A DNA stretch of 64,000 bases from Myxococcota bacterium (GTDB taxonomy: Bacteria > Myxococcota_A > UBA9160 > UBA6930), in NCBI GenBank assembly GCA_965223415.1, contig OZ245002.1:3904001-3968000 (forward strand), in the 5' to 3' direction. Shown here one piece after another: positions 50,223-60,263 of the stretch. Below the pieces are notes generated by a model. That model saw only the letters and a list, made by a program, of their open reading frames with translations, had not been told where the DNA came from and made no database searches. The position numbers were made by a program, and so were the translations under genes. Each line of letters starts with the position of its first letter. The first letter of the stretch is position 1.

Positions 50223-51599
50223 CTAGGGCTCAAGGATGGGGTGGAGGCGCTGGGCCGGCATGGTGTCGCGCAGCTTCTTGAGGGCGCGGGCCTCGAGCTG
50301 GCGGACGCGCTCACGGGAGAGCCCGAGGCTCTGGCCGATCTGCTCGAGGGTGTGCTCCTCCTCGCCGCCGAGGCCGTAGCGCAGGCGCAGGATCAGCTGC
50401 TCGCGGTCGGAGAGGGCGCCGATCAGGTGGCCGACCCCGGAGCGCATGCGGTCGTCGTCGATGCCGCCGTCGGGGATCTCGGCACCGGCGTCGGCGACGA
50501 AGTCCTCGAGCCGCTTCTCGGTGCCCGCCACCGACGACTCCAGCGAGATGGCCTCGCGGCTGAGCCGGTCGAGGGCCTCGAGGCTCTCGGTGTCGGTGCC
50601 GAGGGCCGGGGCCAGCTCGGCGGGCGTCGGCTCGCGGCCCAGCTTGCCCGTCAGCTCGGCCTTCACGCGCTGGCTCCGCTGGAGCCGATCGTGCACGTGG
50701 GAGGGCAAGCGGATCGTGCGGGAGTGGTTCTGGATGGCCCGCACCAGGGCCTGGCGGATCCACCACACCGCGTAGGTCGAGAATTTGAACCCGCGTCGGT
50801 GATCGAACTTCTCGACGGCGCGGATCAGCCCCAGGTTCCCCTCCTGGATCAGGTCGGGGAAGGAGAGGCCCAGGTTCCGGTAGTCCTTGGCGATGGCGAC
50901 GACCAGCTTCAGGTTGTGCTCGATGAAGCGGTTCTTGACGGCGGTGAGCCGATCCTGGGCCGCTTCCACATCGTTCCAGCGGGACGAGAACGTGGTCTTG
51001 TCGTGGCCCGCGTGGATCTCGAGCTCCTTCAGCCGGCGGCTGCCCTTGCGGGCCCGGCGCATGTTGCGGCCGAGCCGCCGCACGTCCTCGCGAAGCTCGG
51101 CGAGCACCGCGAGGGAGAGCTGGGCGTTGTCCATCTCGGTCGCGATGCCACGATCGGCGCGCGTCCACTGGGCCTTCGGCGAGCGGGTGTTGAGGCCGTC
51201 GCGCCGCTTCACGTGGCGGCGCAAGCGGGTGACGGCCGCTTCCACCCGGGCCGCGATCTCGCCCGTGTCCTCGTCGCCGGCGGACTCGGAGAGCTTCGCG
51301 CCGGTATGGGACATGGCGCGCAGGGAATCCCAGCGGTCGATCACGAAACGCGCGCAGGACGGGATGGCGTAGAGGGCGGCCCGCAGCTGGGCCGTGGCGG
51401 CCTCCAGCTCCTTCGCCAGCACGACCTCTTCCTCACGCTTCAGCGTGCGGGTTCCGCCGATTTCCTGGAAGTAGGACTCGAGGGGGCGCCGCTCGCGGGC
51501 GGCGTCGTGCTCTTCGATGGGGAGGGCGGGCTTGGCACCCTTCGCCGCCCGAGCGGGCTCGGTCGGCGTGGTGGCGGGGGCTCGCGTGGTCTCGTCCAA
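50223..51599 (-). CDS. RpoD/RpoS-type sigma-70 factor
   Basis: [32 protein letters not shown] and [15 protein letters not shown] before TTG. Confidence 0.92.
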   Translation of the reverse strand: MDETTRAPATTPTEPARAAKGAKPALPIEEHDAARERRPLESYFQEIGGTRTLKREEEVVLAKELEAATAQLRAALYAIPSCARFVIDRWDSLRAMSHTGAKLSESAGDEDTGEIAARVEAAVTRLRRHVKRRDGLNTRSPKAQWTRADRGIATEMDNAQLSLAVLAELREDVRRLGRNMRRARKGSRRLKELEIHAGHDKTTFSSRWNDVEAAQDRLTAVKNRFIEHNLKLVVAIAKDYRNLGLSFPDLIQEGNLGLIRAVEKFDHRRGFKFSTYAVWWIRQALVRAIQNHSRTIRLPSHVHDRLQRSQRVKAELTGKLGREPTPAELAPALGTDTESLEALDRLSREAISLESSVAGTEKRLEDFVADAGAEIPDGGIDDDRMRSGVGHLIGALSDREQLILRLRYGLGGEEEHTLEQIGQSLGLSRERVRQLEARALKKLRDTMPAQRLHPILEP

Positions 51600-51951
51600 G
51601 GTCGGAGGCTCCTTGCAGGTCGGGGAGGGGGGGGAGGCGATCGAAGGGTCGGGTGGCCGAAGGCGTGCGCCTCCGACCAGGGGCACCGGCGGAGAGCTAC
51701 ACGAGGCCCTCCGGGGCGGCAGGGGGGAAGATCGCGGTCCTCATGATCTCTGGGATCTGGCTCCGGCTCGCTGGGCGCGCTCGCCCCGGGGGAGATGACT
51801 CGAAGTCGGCCAGGGCAGGCGATCCGATATCTTCTTACGTCCTTCCTCGCATTTCCAGAACTTTCTTCGACGTCGATGTCAATTCCGGTCCCGCGGGGGT
51901 ACCTCGCCACGGTCCCGGCTCGCAGCAGCGGCCCCAACTGACCGGGATTCC

Positions 51952-52362
51952 TCACGGGACGACGAAGATCAGCTCCAGTCCCAGATCCGCGACCCGGAAC
52001 GGAACCGAGGCGAAACGGGCCGACACATGGCGCGTCCGGCCCCGTGAGATTCCCCCGAATGGGAGCCGGCCGCTCCGTTGCTCCCCGCCGGGGCCGTACA
52101 GAATGACCCGTAGCATCCCCTGCTCGAGATCCCGGGAGCTGCCGTTGGTGAGGGTGAGGTCGATCCGCAGCTCCTCTCCGACCCGCTCGACGTCCCCCGG
52201 GCGCCAGGTGAGCTCACCACTGCGGGGATGGCTCGACCGGGTCAACGGAGTTCCGTGCCCGCGCTCTTCCAGGGTCTCGTAGGGAAGGGTGGCGACGCCG
52301 CAGCTTGGGAGCAGGCCGAGCAGCACGACCAAGACGGCCAAGCGACGCGCGAGCGCGGGCAT
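51952..52362 (-). CDS. Putative lipoprotein
   Basis: Signal peptide with lipobox LPSC; beta-rich mature part. Confidence 0.6.
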   Translation of the reverse strand: MPALARRLAVLVVLLGLLPSCGVATLPYETLEERGHGTPLTRSSHPRSGELTWRPGDVERVGEELRIDLTLTNGSSRDLEQGMLRVILYGPGGEQRSGRLPFGGISRGRTRHVSARFASVPFRVADLGLELIFVVP

Positions 52363-52418
52363 GCGAGCCATCCTACCTCCAGCCCGGGCTCGGTTGACGC
52401 CCATTGCGGGCCGCGGTA

Positions 52419-52436
52419 GTACTGACCAGTCAGTAC
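52419..52436. promoter_or_regulatory. Palindromic operator GTACTGAC-CA-GTCAGTAC (probable TetR site)
   Basis: Perfect 8-bp arms overlapping the -10 of TTGACG(52394)-17-TAGTAC upstream of tetR-RND. Confidence 0.75.
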
Positions 52437-52462
52437 CGCTCGCGCCCCGAGCCGCTCGCTTC

Positions 52463-53140
52463 GTGCCCAGCCCCGAACCCGATCCTAACGGCGCACCCGC
52501 TCGGCCGCCGCGCGCGCCGGCCGGCGAGCGGCGTCGCCAGATCCTGGCGGCCGCCCGGGAGGTGAGCCTCGAGCGGGGTCTCGCCGCCGTGCGTATGGAA
52601 CAGATCGCCGCGCGGGCCCGGGTCTCCAAGGGCACCCTCTACAACCACTTCGAGAGCAAGGAAGATCTCCTGCTCGCGATGCTGGAGGACCGGCTCGCCC
52701 TCGGCACCGAGATCGTCGCCCGGGCCGTCGGCACCGAGCCCGACCCGGCCCGTGCCCTCGAGCGCACCCTCGACGGTCTGGTCCAGCTGATCGGTGTCCA
52801 GGCCCAGACGACCTCGCTGCTCTACCAGGCCTGGGCCCTGGTGGCCGACGCGCCGCCGCTGCAGCAGCGGCTGGAGGAGGCGCTGCGGCGCTTCTTCCAG
52901 CTCTGGGCCCGCAGCACCCACCAGAACCTCCAGGTCGGCCAGGCCGCCGGTGCGTTCCGGGCGGACGCGGACGCGGAGGCGTTCAGCGCGGCGCTTCTCG
53001 CCCTGGTCTCCGGCTTCATCTTCCGCGGCGCCTTCGATCCGGGCGCGATCGAGCCCGCCGCCCTGCGCGCCGCCTTCCAGGCCCTCGTGGCCGACCAATT
53101 GCTCGCCGAGCCCGCCGCCCGCTCCGGAGGACCCCGATGA
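52463..53140 (+). CDS. TetR/AcrR transcriptional regulator
   Basis: IAARARVSKGTLYNHFESKEDL; start uncertain. Confidence 0.9.
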   Translation: MPSPEPDPNGAPARPPRAPAGERRRQILAAAREVSLERGLAAVRMEQIAARARVSKGTLYNHFESKEDLLLAMLEDRLALGTEIVARAVGTEPDPARALERTLDGLVQLIGVQAQTTSLLYQAWALVADAPPLQQRLEEALRRFFQLWARSTHQNLQVGQAAGAFRADADAEAFSAALLALVSGFIFRGAFDPGAIEPAALRAAFQALVADQLLAEPAARSGGPR

Positions 53141-54321
53141 ACGAGCCCCTGGCTTCCCGCGCACCGGCCGCACGCGCGCGCTGGATCTTCCTCGGCGCGG
53201 CGGGCCTGCTGCTGCTCGGGACCTTCGCGCTCTTCGGCTCGGCCCCGGAGCCCGAGCGCGAGGGAGCCGCCCGCACCGACGCGAGCGCGGTGGCCGTGTC
53301 GATCTGGACCGTCGCGCCCCGGCCACTGGCCCGCACGACCCGCCTCTCCGGCGTCGTCGAGGCGCGCCGGCGGGTGGAGCTCTTCGCCGAGGTGGGCGGC
53401 CGCGTCACCGAGCTCGGCGCCGAAGAGCTCGACCAGGTCGAGGCCGACCAGCTGCTGGTGCAGCTGGATCCCCTGCTGACGGAGGTCGCGGTCGAGCGTG
53501 CCCTGGCCTCGGTGGCGCGTGTCGAGAGCCAGCTGGCCTTGGCCGAGAGCGAGCGCAAACGCTTCGAGAGCCTGGCGACCCGCGACGCCGCCAGCGCGTC
53601 GCGGCGCGATCAGGCCGTGAACGCCCAGAAGGTGGCGGCGGCGAACCTGCGCGAAGCCCGTGCGAACCTCTCCCAGGCCCGGGACCAGCTCGCAAAGAAG
53701 ACGATCCGCGCGCCGTTCGCCGGCGTGCTCCAAGGCTTCCCGGTCGAGCGCGGCGAGGTGCTCCAGCCCGGCGAGCGGGTGGGCGAGCTGCTCGACCTGA
53801 CCACCGCGCGGCTCGAGCTCGGCGTGACGGACCGCGAGATCGTGACGGTCGATACGGGCGCCGAGGTGAGCGTCGAGCTCGAGGCCTACCCGGGCGAGAC
53901 CCTCGAAGGGCGAGTGATCCGGGTCGGTGCGGCCGCTGACGTCACGAGCCGCAAGTTCCCCGTCGAGGTCGAGCTCGAGAATCCGGAGCGACGGATCCTG
54001 CCCGGGATGATCGCCCGGGTCCGTCTCGGTCTCGGCCCGCCGACGCCGGTCCGGGCGCTGCCGCGGGACGCGACCCTCGACCAGTACGGCGTGCGCCTCG
54101 TGTACGTCGTCGAAGAAGGGGAGGGCGGCACCGTCGTGCGCCAGCGCCGGGTCGAGCTGCGGGACATTCCCTTCCAGCCCGAGGAGGTGGAGGTTGTCTC
54201 CGGCCTCCGCGACGGAGAGCGGGTGGCGGTGAGCGGGATCCGCGAGCTCCGCGACGGCGCCTCGGTGCGGGTGCGGGGCGAAGCCTCGGTCGCCCGCGCC
54301 GCCGAGGAGGAAGGCGCATGA
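53137..54321 (+). CDS. RND efflux periplasmic adaptor
   Basis: N-terminal TM, IRAPFAG, ILPGMIARV and GLRDGERV. Confidence 0.9.
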   Translation: MNEPLASRAPAARARWIFLGAAGLLLLGTFALFGSAPEPEREGAARTDASAVAVSIWTVAPRPLARTTRLSGVVEARRRVELFAEVGGRVTELGAEELDQVEADQLLVQLDPLLTEVAVERALASVARVESQLALAESERKRFESLATRDAASASRRDQAVNAQKVAAANLREARANLSQARDQLAKKTIRAPFAGVLQGFPVERGEVLQPGERVGELLDLTTARLELGVTDREIVTVDTGAEVSVELEAYPGETLEGRVIRVGAAADVTSRKFPVEVELENPERRILPGMIARVRLGLGPPTPVRALPRDATLDQYGVRLVYVVEEGEGGTVVRQRRVELRDIPFQPEEVEVVSGLRDGERVAVSGIRELRDGASVRVRGEASVARAAEEEGA

Positions 54322-57300
54322 GCCTGCCCGAGTTCTCGGTCCGCCAGGTCGTCCTGGTGAACATCCTGTTCGTGATGGTGATCGGCGCCGGGCTCTTCGC
54401 CTGGGCCCGGATCCCGATCGAGGTCTTCCCGGACATCTCCTTCAACTCGGCCGTGGTCAATACCGTCTGGCCCGGCGCCTCGGCGGACGAGATGGAGCGG
54501 CTCGTCACCACCAGGCTCGAGGAGGAGATTCAGGACGTCGACGGCATCAAGGAGATGGTGAGCTCGTCGTTGGCCGGCCTCTCCTCGATCGACATCGAGT
54601 GGGACGAGACGCTTTCCGCCGCCGAGCAGGAGAGCTCGCTGAACGAGCTGCGCGCGGCCATCGACCGGGTGAACGACCTGCCGGACGACGCCGAGCGGCC
54701 CTTCGTGATGGAGCTCTCGGTCCACGAGGTGCGGCCATCGTGCATGATCGCCGTGGCGGACGTCGGCGGGGTCGGCGAGTACACGATCCGCGAGGTGGCC
54801 CGGAGCCTGGAGGATCGGCTCGAGCGGCTTCCCGGCGTGCGCAAGGCGGTGCTGCGCGGCGAGCGCGAGCGGGAGCTGCGGGTGTACGTGGACCGGCGGC
54901 TCGCGATGCAAGCGGATCTCACGCTCCCCGAGATCAGCGCGGTGATCCGCAGCAACAACCAGAACATCCCGGCCGGCAACTTTCTGAACGCCCAGTCCGA
55001 CGAGATCACCGTGCGCGGCCTCGGCAGCTTCGCGACGCCGGCCTCCCTGGCCGCCACGGTGGTGAAGAAGGATCGGGACGGGCGGCACATCACCCTGGGC
55101 GAGATCGCCACGATCGAGGAGGGCTTTGAGACGCGGCGCGTGTTCGGCCGCTACAACGGCAAGCCCGCCATCCAGATCGGCGTGGCCCAGCAGAGCGGCG
55201 TCGACGTACGCAAGCTCGTGGCGCGGGTGCGCGAGCTGGTCGAGAAGGAGCAGCCGCAGCTTCCGCCGGGTGTCGAGGCCACGGTCACCTGGGACAGCTC
55301 GACCTACGTCGAGTCCCGCATGGCGCTGCTCCAGTCGAACCTGGTGATCGGCATCCTGGCGGTGATCGGCGTGCTCTGGTTCACCGTCGGCTTCCGCAAC
55401 GCGCTGCTCGCGATCCTGGCGGTTCCGTTCTCGTTCCTGTTCGCGATCTACGCCTTCCCGTACATGGGGATGAGCCTGAACAGCCTGACGCTGATCGGCT
55501 TCATCATGGTCTCGGGGATGCTGGTCGATCACGCGATCATCATCATCGAGAACATCTACCGCCACGTGGAGGAGGGCAGCCCGCTGCGCACGGCCATCGT
55601 GGAGGGAACGCGCCAGGTCATGTGGCCGGTGATCGCCACTGTCGCCACAACCCTGGCGGCCTTCTTGCCGATGCTGCTCGTCTCCGGCACCTCCGGCGAG
55701 TTCTTCTCGCTGCTGCCGAAGGCGGTGATCATCACCCTGGTCGGCTCGCTGATCGAAGCGCTGATCATCCTTCCGGCCCACTACCTCGATTGGGGAAGCC
55801 GTGCCGGTGCCGCGGCGGCGGGCGACGCCGCCGAAGGGCCCGGTGTCACGGCCTTCTCCCAGCGGGCGCGCGCTCGCGTGGACGGGTGGCTCGGCCAGGC
55901 CCGGGAGAGCTACCTGCGGGCCCTGGAGCCGGTCCTGCGCCACCGGGGGAGCTTCTTCCTGGCCTGCTGCGCCGCGCTCGCCTTCTCCTGCGGGCTCACC
56001 CAGCATGTCGACGTCGCGCTCTTCAAGTCCGATTTCAACCAGCTCTTCGTGAACGTGGACGCGCCGATCGACGCGGGCATCGACCAGACCGGCGAGGCGA
56101 TGGCGGCTGTCGATTCGGCGCTCGCCGAGTTCGGCGGCGAGCTCACCGACTACCTCTCCTACGCCGGCATGAAGATGTCGCCCAACGGTGGGCCGACGAA
56201 CGGTGTGAACTACGGCGTCTTCTACGTGCAATTCCCGGACACGCCGCACAACGTCGCGCATCCGGAGGCCATCTTCGAGCGGATCCGCGAGCGGGTGGAA
56301 GGGACGGCGCGGGAGCAGGCCGGAATCGAGAAGGTGTTCGCGATCGCGCCCCGCAACGGCCCGCCGGTGGGCAAGCCCGTGGCGATCCGCGTGTACTCGG
56401 ACGACTACGACGAGGCGAAGCGGGCCGCCGCGGAGCTCAAGGCCGAGCTGGCAGCCATCCCCGGTGTCTACAACATCGAGGACAACATGCCGATCGGTCC
56501 GCGGGAGCTGCGCGTTCGCCTGGACGAGCACCGGGCGTCCCTGCACGGCCTCACCTTCCAGGACGTGGGTATGGCGCTGCGTGCCGCCAACGACGGCCTC
56601 GTCCCCGGGACCTTCAAGGACCCGACCGCCGACGAAGACGTCGATATCCGGGTCATGTATCCCGAGGCCCAGCGCAGGAGCATCGCGGACCTCCTCGACG
56701 TGGAGATCCGCGCGCCCGCCGGCCACACCGTGAAGCTCGGAGACGTGGCGCGCATCGATGTCGAGCGCAGCTACCACACCCTCACCCACTACGATGCCCG
56801 CCGGGCCGTCGTGGTCTACGCCGAGGTGGACGGTGACCAGGCCACGTCGTTCTCGGCGAACCGGGAGATGGCGGCGCGCTTCGCCGACGCGAGCCAGCGC
56901 TGGCCCGGCGTAACCCTGGTCTTCGGCGGCGAGGCCCAGGAGACCGAGCGAAGCATGTCGGAGCTGCTGGGCACGCTCTTCATCGCGCTGATCGCCATCT
57001 ACGCGATCCTGGCCGCCCAGTTCCGCTCCTACCTCCAGCCGGTAGTGGTGATGAGCGTGATCGGCTTCGCCTTCATCGGCGTCGTGCTCGGCATGTTCGT
57101 GCTCGACTACCCGCTCACCATGTACGTCTTCTACGCCATGGTGGGCCTGGCGGGCATCGTGGTGAACGACTCGCTCGTGCTGATCGACTTCGTGAACCAG
57201 GGCCGCGCCGGCGGCCTTCCCGCCCTGGACGCCGTGCGCGCCGCCTGCCGGCTGCGCTTCCGGCCGATCCTGCTGACGACGGTCACCACCATCGCAGGCC

Positions 57301-57500
57301 TGCTGCCGATGGCGATCGGCCTCGGCGGCACCCATCCCGTGTACGGGCCCTTTGCCGCCGGTATCGTGTTCGGCCTGGGCATCGCGAGCTGCCTCACCCT
57401 CTTCACGGTCCCGGCGCTCTACCTGATGGTGGAGGGGGCGAAGGACCGGGTCGTCACCTGGCGCGGAGGAGCCGAGCCCGTCGCAGCGCCAGGACGCTAA
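54318..57500 (+). CDS. RND efflux permease (AcrB family)
   Basis: GMLVDHAIIIIENI, GIVVNDS and RFRPILLTT. Confidence 0.93.
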   Translation: MSLPEFSVRQVVLVNILFVMVIGAGLFAWARIPIEVFPDISFNSAVVNTVWPGASADEMERLVTTRLEEEIQDVDGIKEMVSSSLAGLSSIDIEWDETLSAAEQESSLNELRAAIDRVNDLPDDAERPFVMELSVHEVRPSCMIAVADVGGVGEYTIREVARSLEDRLERLPGVRKAVLRGERERELRVYVDRRLAMQADLTLPEISAVIRSNNQNIPAGNFLNAQSDEITVRGLGSFATPASLAATVVKKDRDGRHITLGEIATIEEGFETRRVFGRYNGKPAIQIGVAQQSGVDVRKLVARVRELVEKEQPQLPPGVEATVTWDSSTYVESRMALLQSNLVIGILAVIGVLWFTVGFRNALLAILAVPFSFLFAIYAFPYMGMSLNSLTLIGFIMVSGMLVDHAIIIIENIYRHVEEGSPLRTAIVEGTRQVMWPVIATVATTLAAFLPMLLVSGTSGEFFSLLPKAVIITLVGSLIEALIILPAHYLDWGSRAGAAAAGDAAEGPGVTAFSQRARARVDGWLGQARESYLRALEPVLRHRGSFFLACCAALAFSCGLTQHVDVALFKSDFNQLFVNVDAPIDAGIDQTGEAMAAVDSALAEFGGELTDYLSYAGMKMSPNGGPTNGVNYGVFYVQFPDTPHNVAHPEAIFERIRERVEGTAREQAGIEKVFAIAPRNGPPVGKPVAIRVYSDDYDEAKRAAAELKAELAAIPGVYNIEDNMPIGPRELRVRLDEHRASLHGLTFQDVGMALRAANDGLVPGTFKDPTADEDVDIRVMYPEAQRRSIADLLDVEIRAPAGHTVKLGDVARIDVERSYHTLTHYDARRAVVVYAEVDGDQATSFSANREMAARFADASQRWPGVTLVFGGEAQETERSMSELLGTLFIALIAIYAILAAQFRSYLQPVVVMSVIGFAFIGVVLGMFVLDYPLTMYVFYAMVGLAGIVVNDSLVLIDFVNQGRAGGLPALDAVRAACRLRFRPILLTTVTTIAGLLPMAIGLGGTHPVYGPFAAGIVFGLGIASCLTLFTVPALYLMVEGAKDRVVTWRGGAEPVAAPGR

Positions 57501-57566
57501 GAAGCGGGGCCAGAGTTAAGAATTCAGTTGTCCACAACTGAATTCTTAACTCTGGCCCCGCTTCTT
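57499..57566. repeat. Perfect inverted repeat, 33-bp arms with a 2-nt spacer
   Basis: AAGAAGCGGGGCCAGAGTTAAGAATTCAGTTGT-CC-reverse complement; fills the gap between convergent genes. Confidence 0.95.
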
Positions 57567-57570
57567 CATT

Positions 57571-58191
57571 TCAGGAGGCGACGGCGTCGCGGACGAACTG
57601 CACCACTGCGTCGAGGATCTTCGGGGTGTCCGGGAAGCGCGGGTCGCGGCGGTAGGCGCGGCCGGAGTAGTCGCTCTGGAGCTGGCAGATCACGTCGGCC
57701 ACCGAGGGGACGTCCAGGTCCGGGCGGAACTCGCCGCTCTCGATGCCGCGGCGCAGGATGGAGGCGACCAGGTCCCGGTGGGGCTGCACCCGGTCGGCGC
57801 TGGCGGCGGAGATGCGCGGCAGGTCGAGGGAGCGCTCGCCCCGCAGCAGGGCGGGCAGGAGGGGGTGGCTGCGGCAGAACTCGACCGAGCGGCGGAACAT
57901 GCCCTCCAGGGTCTCCCCGGCGGGCTCGTTCTCCGCGTCGCGAGGGACCATCGCGCGGACCCAGTCGCGGATGATCTCCTCCATGACCACCTCGTAGAGG
58001 TGCTCCTTGTCGCGGAAGAAGCGGTAGAGGAGGCCGTTGGAGACGCCGGCGTCCCGGGCGATGGCGCCGATGGTGGCGCCGGCGTAGCCGTGGGAGCCGA
58101 AGCAGGAGCGGGCGGCGGCCAGGATGCGCTGACGGCGGGCCTCGCTCTCCTGCTGGCGTCTTCCGGTCTTCTCGGCGGTCTCGGATCTCAC
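57571..58191 (-). CDS. TetR/AcrR transcriptional regulator
   Basis: IARDAGVSNGLLYRFFRDKEHL. Confidence 0.9.
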   Translation of the reverse strand: MRSETAEKTGRRQQESEARRQRILAAARSCFGSHGYAGATIGAIARDAGVSNGLLYRFFRDKEHLYEVVMEEIIRDWVRAMVPRDAENEPAGETLEGMFRRSVEFCRSHPLLPALLRGERSLDLPRISAASADRVQPHRDLVASILRRGIESGEFRPDLDVPSVADVICQLQSDYSGRAYRRDPRFPDTPKILDAVVQFVRDAVAS

Positions 58192-58193
58192 GG

Positions 58194-58242
58194 TGAACGA
58201 AATCTATCAGAAATTCATTGAAAAATCGCTCCAAATCGTTCA
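58194..58242. promoter_or_regulatory. Tandem double TGAA-N16-TTCA operator in a divergent promoter
   Basis: Boxes at 58194-58217 and 58219-58242; matches 18862-18910. Confidence 0.75.
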
Positions 58243-58274
58243 TCTTACGACTCGCCCCGCAAAGGAGACCCGCC

Positions 58275-59222
58275 ATGGCCGAGCTCGCCTTCCGCGCCTT
58301 CGACGCCGACCACCACTACTACGAGCACGAGGACGCCTTCATCCGCCACATCGATCCGCGCATGAAGCGGCGCTGCATGCAGTGGGCGGAGGTGAACGGG
58401 CGCAAGCGGCTGCTCGTGGGCGGGAAGGTCAACTCGTTCATCCCGAACCCGACCTTCGACCCGGTGGCCAGGCCGGGTGTGCTCGACGAGTTCTTTCGAG
58501 GCAAGAACCCGGACGGCAAGGGCATGGTCGAGCTCTTCGGCGAGCTCGATCCGATCAACCCCGCCTACCGGGATCGCGATGCCCGGGTGCGACTCCTCGA
58601 CACCCAGGGCCTCGACGGCGCCTACCTGTTCCCCACGCTCGGCGTCGGAATGGAGTTCGCCCTGGCCGACGATCCGGAGGCGGCCCTCGCCGCCTTCCGC
58701 GCCTTCAACCGCTGGATCGAAGAGGACTGGGGGTTCGCCTACCAGCTCGCCTTCCACTCGGGCGACGCCGGCTACAACCGCTTCGCCGACGAGTGGGGCG
58801 CGCTCTCGCCGGAGCCCATCGCCGACACCCTCGCCGCCGTGATCTGCCACGGCGTCCTCACCCGCCACCCGAACGTACGAATCGCGACCATCGAGACCGG
58901 CAGCATCTGGGTGCAGCCCCTGCTGCGGCGTCTCAAGAAGGCCTACGGCCAGATGCCCTTCGCCTTCGAGCACGACCCGGTCGAGCAGTTCAAGCGGAAC
59001 GTGTGGGTGTCGCCGTACTACGAGGACGACCTGGAAACGCTCCGGAACACGATCGGCGCCGACCACGTGCTTTTCGGCTCGGACTATCCCCACGCCGAGG
59101 GCCTCGCCGAGCCCACCGACTTCCTCTACGACTGCAAGGGCTACGACGAGGACGAGATCCGGCTGGTCATGCGCGAGAACGCGATGGGACTCATCGAGCC
59201 CCGCCCGGCGAGCCGCGCCTAG
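58275..59222 (+). CDS. Amidohydrolase_2 family protein, apparently internally shortened
   Basis: DADHHYYE, LFPTLG, FNRWIEEDWGF, IETG and FGSDYPHAEG; only 315 aa. Confidence 0.75.
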   Translation: MAELAFRAFDADHHYYEHEDAFIRHIDPRMKRRCMQWAEVNGRKRLLVGGKVNSFIPNPTFDPVARPGVLDEFFRGKNPDGKGMVELFGELDPINPAYRDRDARVRLLDTQGLDGAYLFPTLGVGMEFALADDPEAALAAFRAFNRWIEEDWGFAYQLAFHSGDAGYNRFADEWGALSPEPIADTLAAVICHGVLTRHPNVRIATIETGSIWVQPLLRRLKKAYGQMPFAFEHDPVEQFKRNVWVSPYYEDDLETLRNTIGADHVLFGSDYPHAEGLAEPTDFLYDCKGYDEDEIRLVMRENAMGLIEPRPASRA

Positions 59223-59288
59223 GACACGCGCCGGGGCGGGCGCCCCGGCGCTCCGTCTGGCACCCTCGGGCGCCCACAGGGAGGCCCG

Positions 59289-60257
59289 ATGACCGACTAC
59301 GCCACCGAGCTCGACGTCGCTCTCGAAGCCGTGCGTGCGGCCGCCCGCGTGTGCCGGGCGGTGCAGCAGCGCCTCGTCACCGCCGAGACCCTCGAGAAGA
59401 AGGACAAGAGCCCGGTCACGGTGGCCGACTTCGCCTCCCAGGCGATCGTCTGCCAGCGGCTGGCGGCGGCGCTGCCGGACGACCGGGTGGTCGGCGAGGA
59501 GGACTCGGCGGAGCTGCGCGCACCGGACCAGGCGGCGCTCCGCGCCGCGGTCGCCCGGGAGGTGGCCGCCGAGGTGGACGGCGCAGCCGACGAGGAGGCG
59601 GTGCTCGGCTGGATCGACCGGGGCGGCGCCGCCGCCGACACCGCGCGCTACTGGACCCTCGACCCGATCGACGGGACGAAGGGCTTCCTGCGCGGCGAGC
59701 AGTACGCGGTGGCCCTGGGCCTGATCGAAGGCGGTCAGGTGGTGCTCGGCGTGCTGGGCTGCCCCAACCTGGACGGCGGCCTGCTCTTCTCCGCTGTGCG
59801 TGGCCAGGGCGCCCGGGAGCACGCCCTGGCGCCCGGCGGGGCCGGCACGCCGATCCGGGTCGCCGGTGTGACCGCGCCGGCGCAGGCGCGCTTCTGCGAA
59901 TCGGTGGAATCGGCCCACTCCGACCAGAGCGAGTCCGCCCAGATCGCGAGCCGCCTCGGCATCACCCAGGAGCCCTACCGCATCGACAGCCAGTGCAAGT
60001 ACGCCGCGGTCGCCCGGGGCGACGCCTCGATCTACCTGCGTATGCCCACCCGCAAGGACTACCGCGAGAAGATCTGGGACCACGCAGCGGGAATGCTCGT
60101 CGTGCAGGAGGCGGGCGGGTGCGTGTCCGACGTGCTGGGGCAGGAGCTCGACTTCAGCCGGGGACGCACCCTCGACGCCAACCGCGGCATCGTCGCCACC
60201 GCGGCCCCGATCCATGCCGACGTGATCGCCGCCGTGCGCGCCGTGCGGGGCGAGTAG
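59289..60257 (+). CDS. 3'(2'),5'-bisphosphate nucleotidase (HAL2/SAL1-like)
   Basis: SPVTVADF, GEED, DPIDGTKGF, DSQCKY and EKIWDHAAG. Confidence 0.9.
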   Translation: MTDYATELDVALEAVRAAARVCRAVQQRLVTAETLEKKDKSPVTVADFASQAIVCQRLAAALPDDRVVGEEDSAELRAPDQAALRAAVAREVAAEVDGAADEEAVLGWIDRGGAAADTARYWTLDPIDGTKGFLRGEQYAVALGLIEGGQVVLGVLGCPNLDGGLLFSAVRGQGAREHALAPGGAGTPIRVAGVTAPAQARFCESVESAHSDQSESAQIASRLGITQEPYRIDSQCKYAAVARGDASIYLRMPTRKDYREKIWDHAAGMLVVQEAGGCVSDVLGQELDFSRGRTLDANRGIVATAAPIHADVIAAVRAVRGE

Positions 60258-60263
60258 CTCCGC

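Noticed and set aside
51851..51882. TTGACA...CGAAGAAAG as a third copy of the imuA/dnaE2 motif
   Set aside because: The spacing is off by 2 nt and the second CGAA is missing.
53886..57335. 1149-aa minus-strand ORF
   Set aside because: Antisense shadow of the RND permease.
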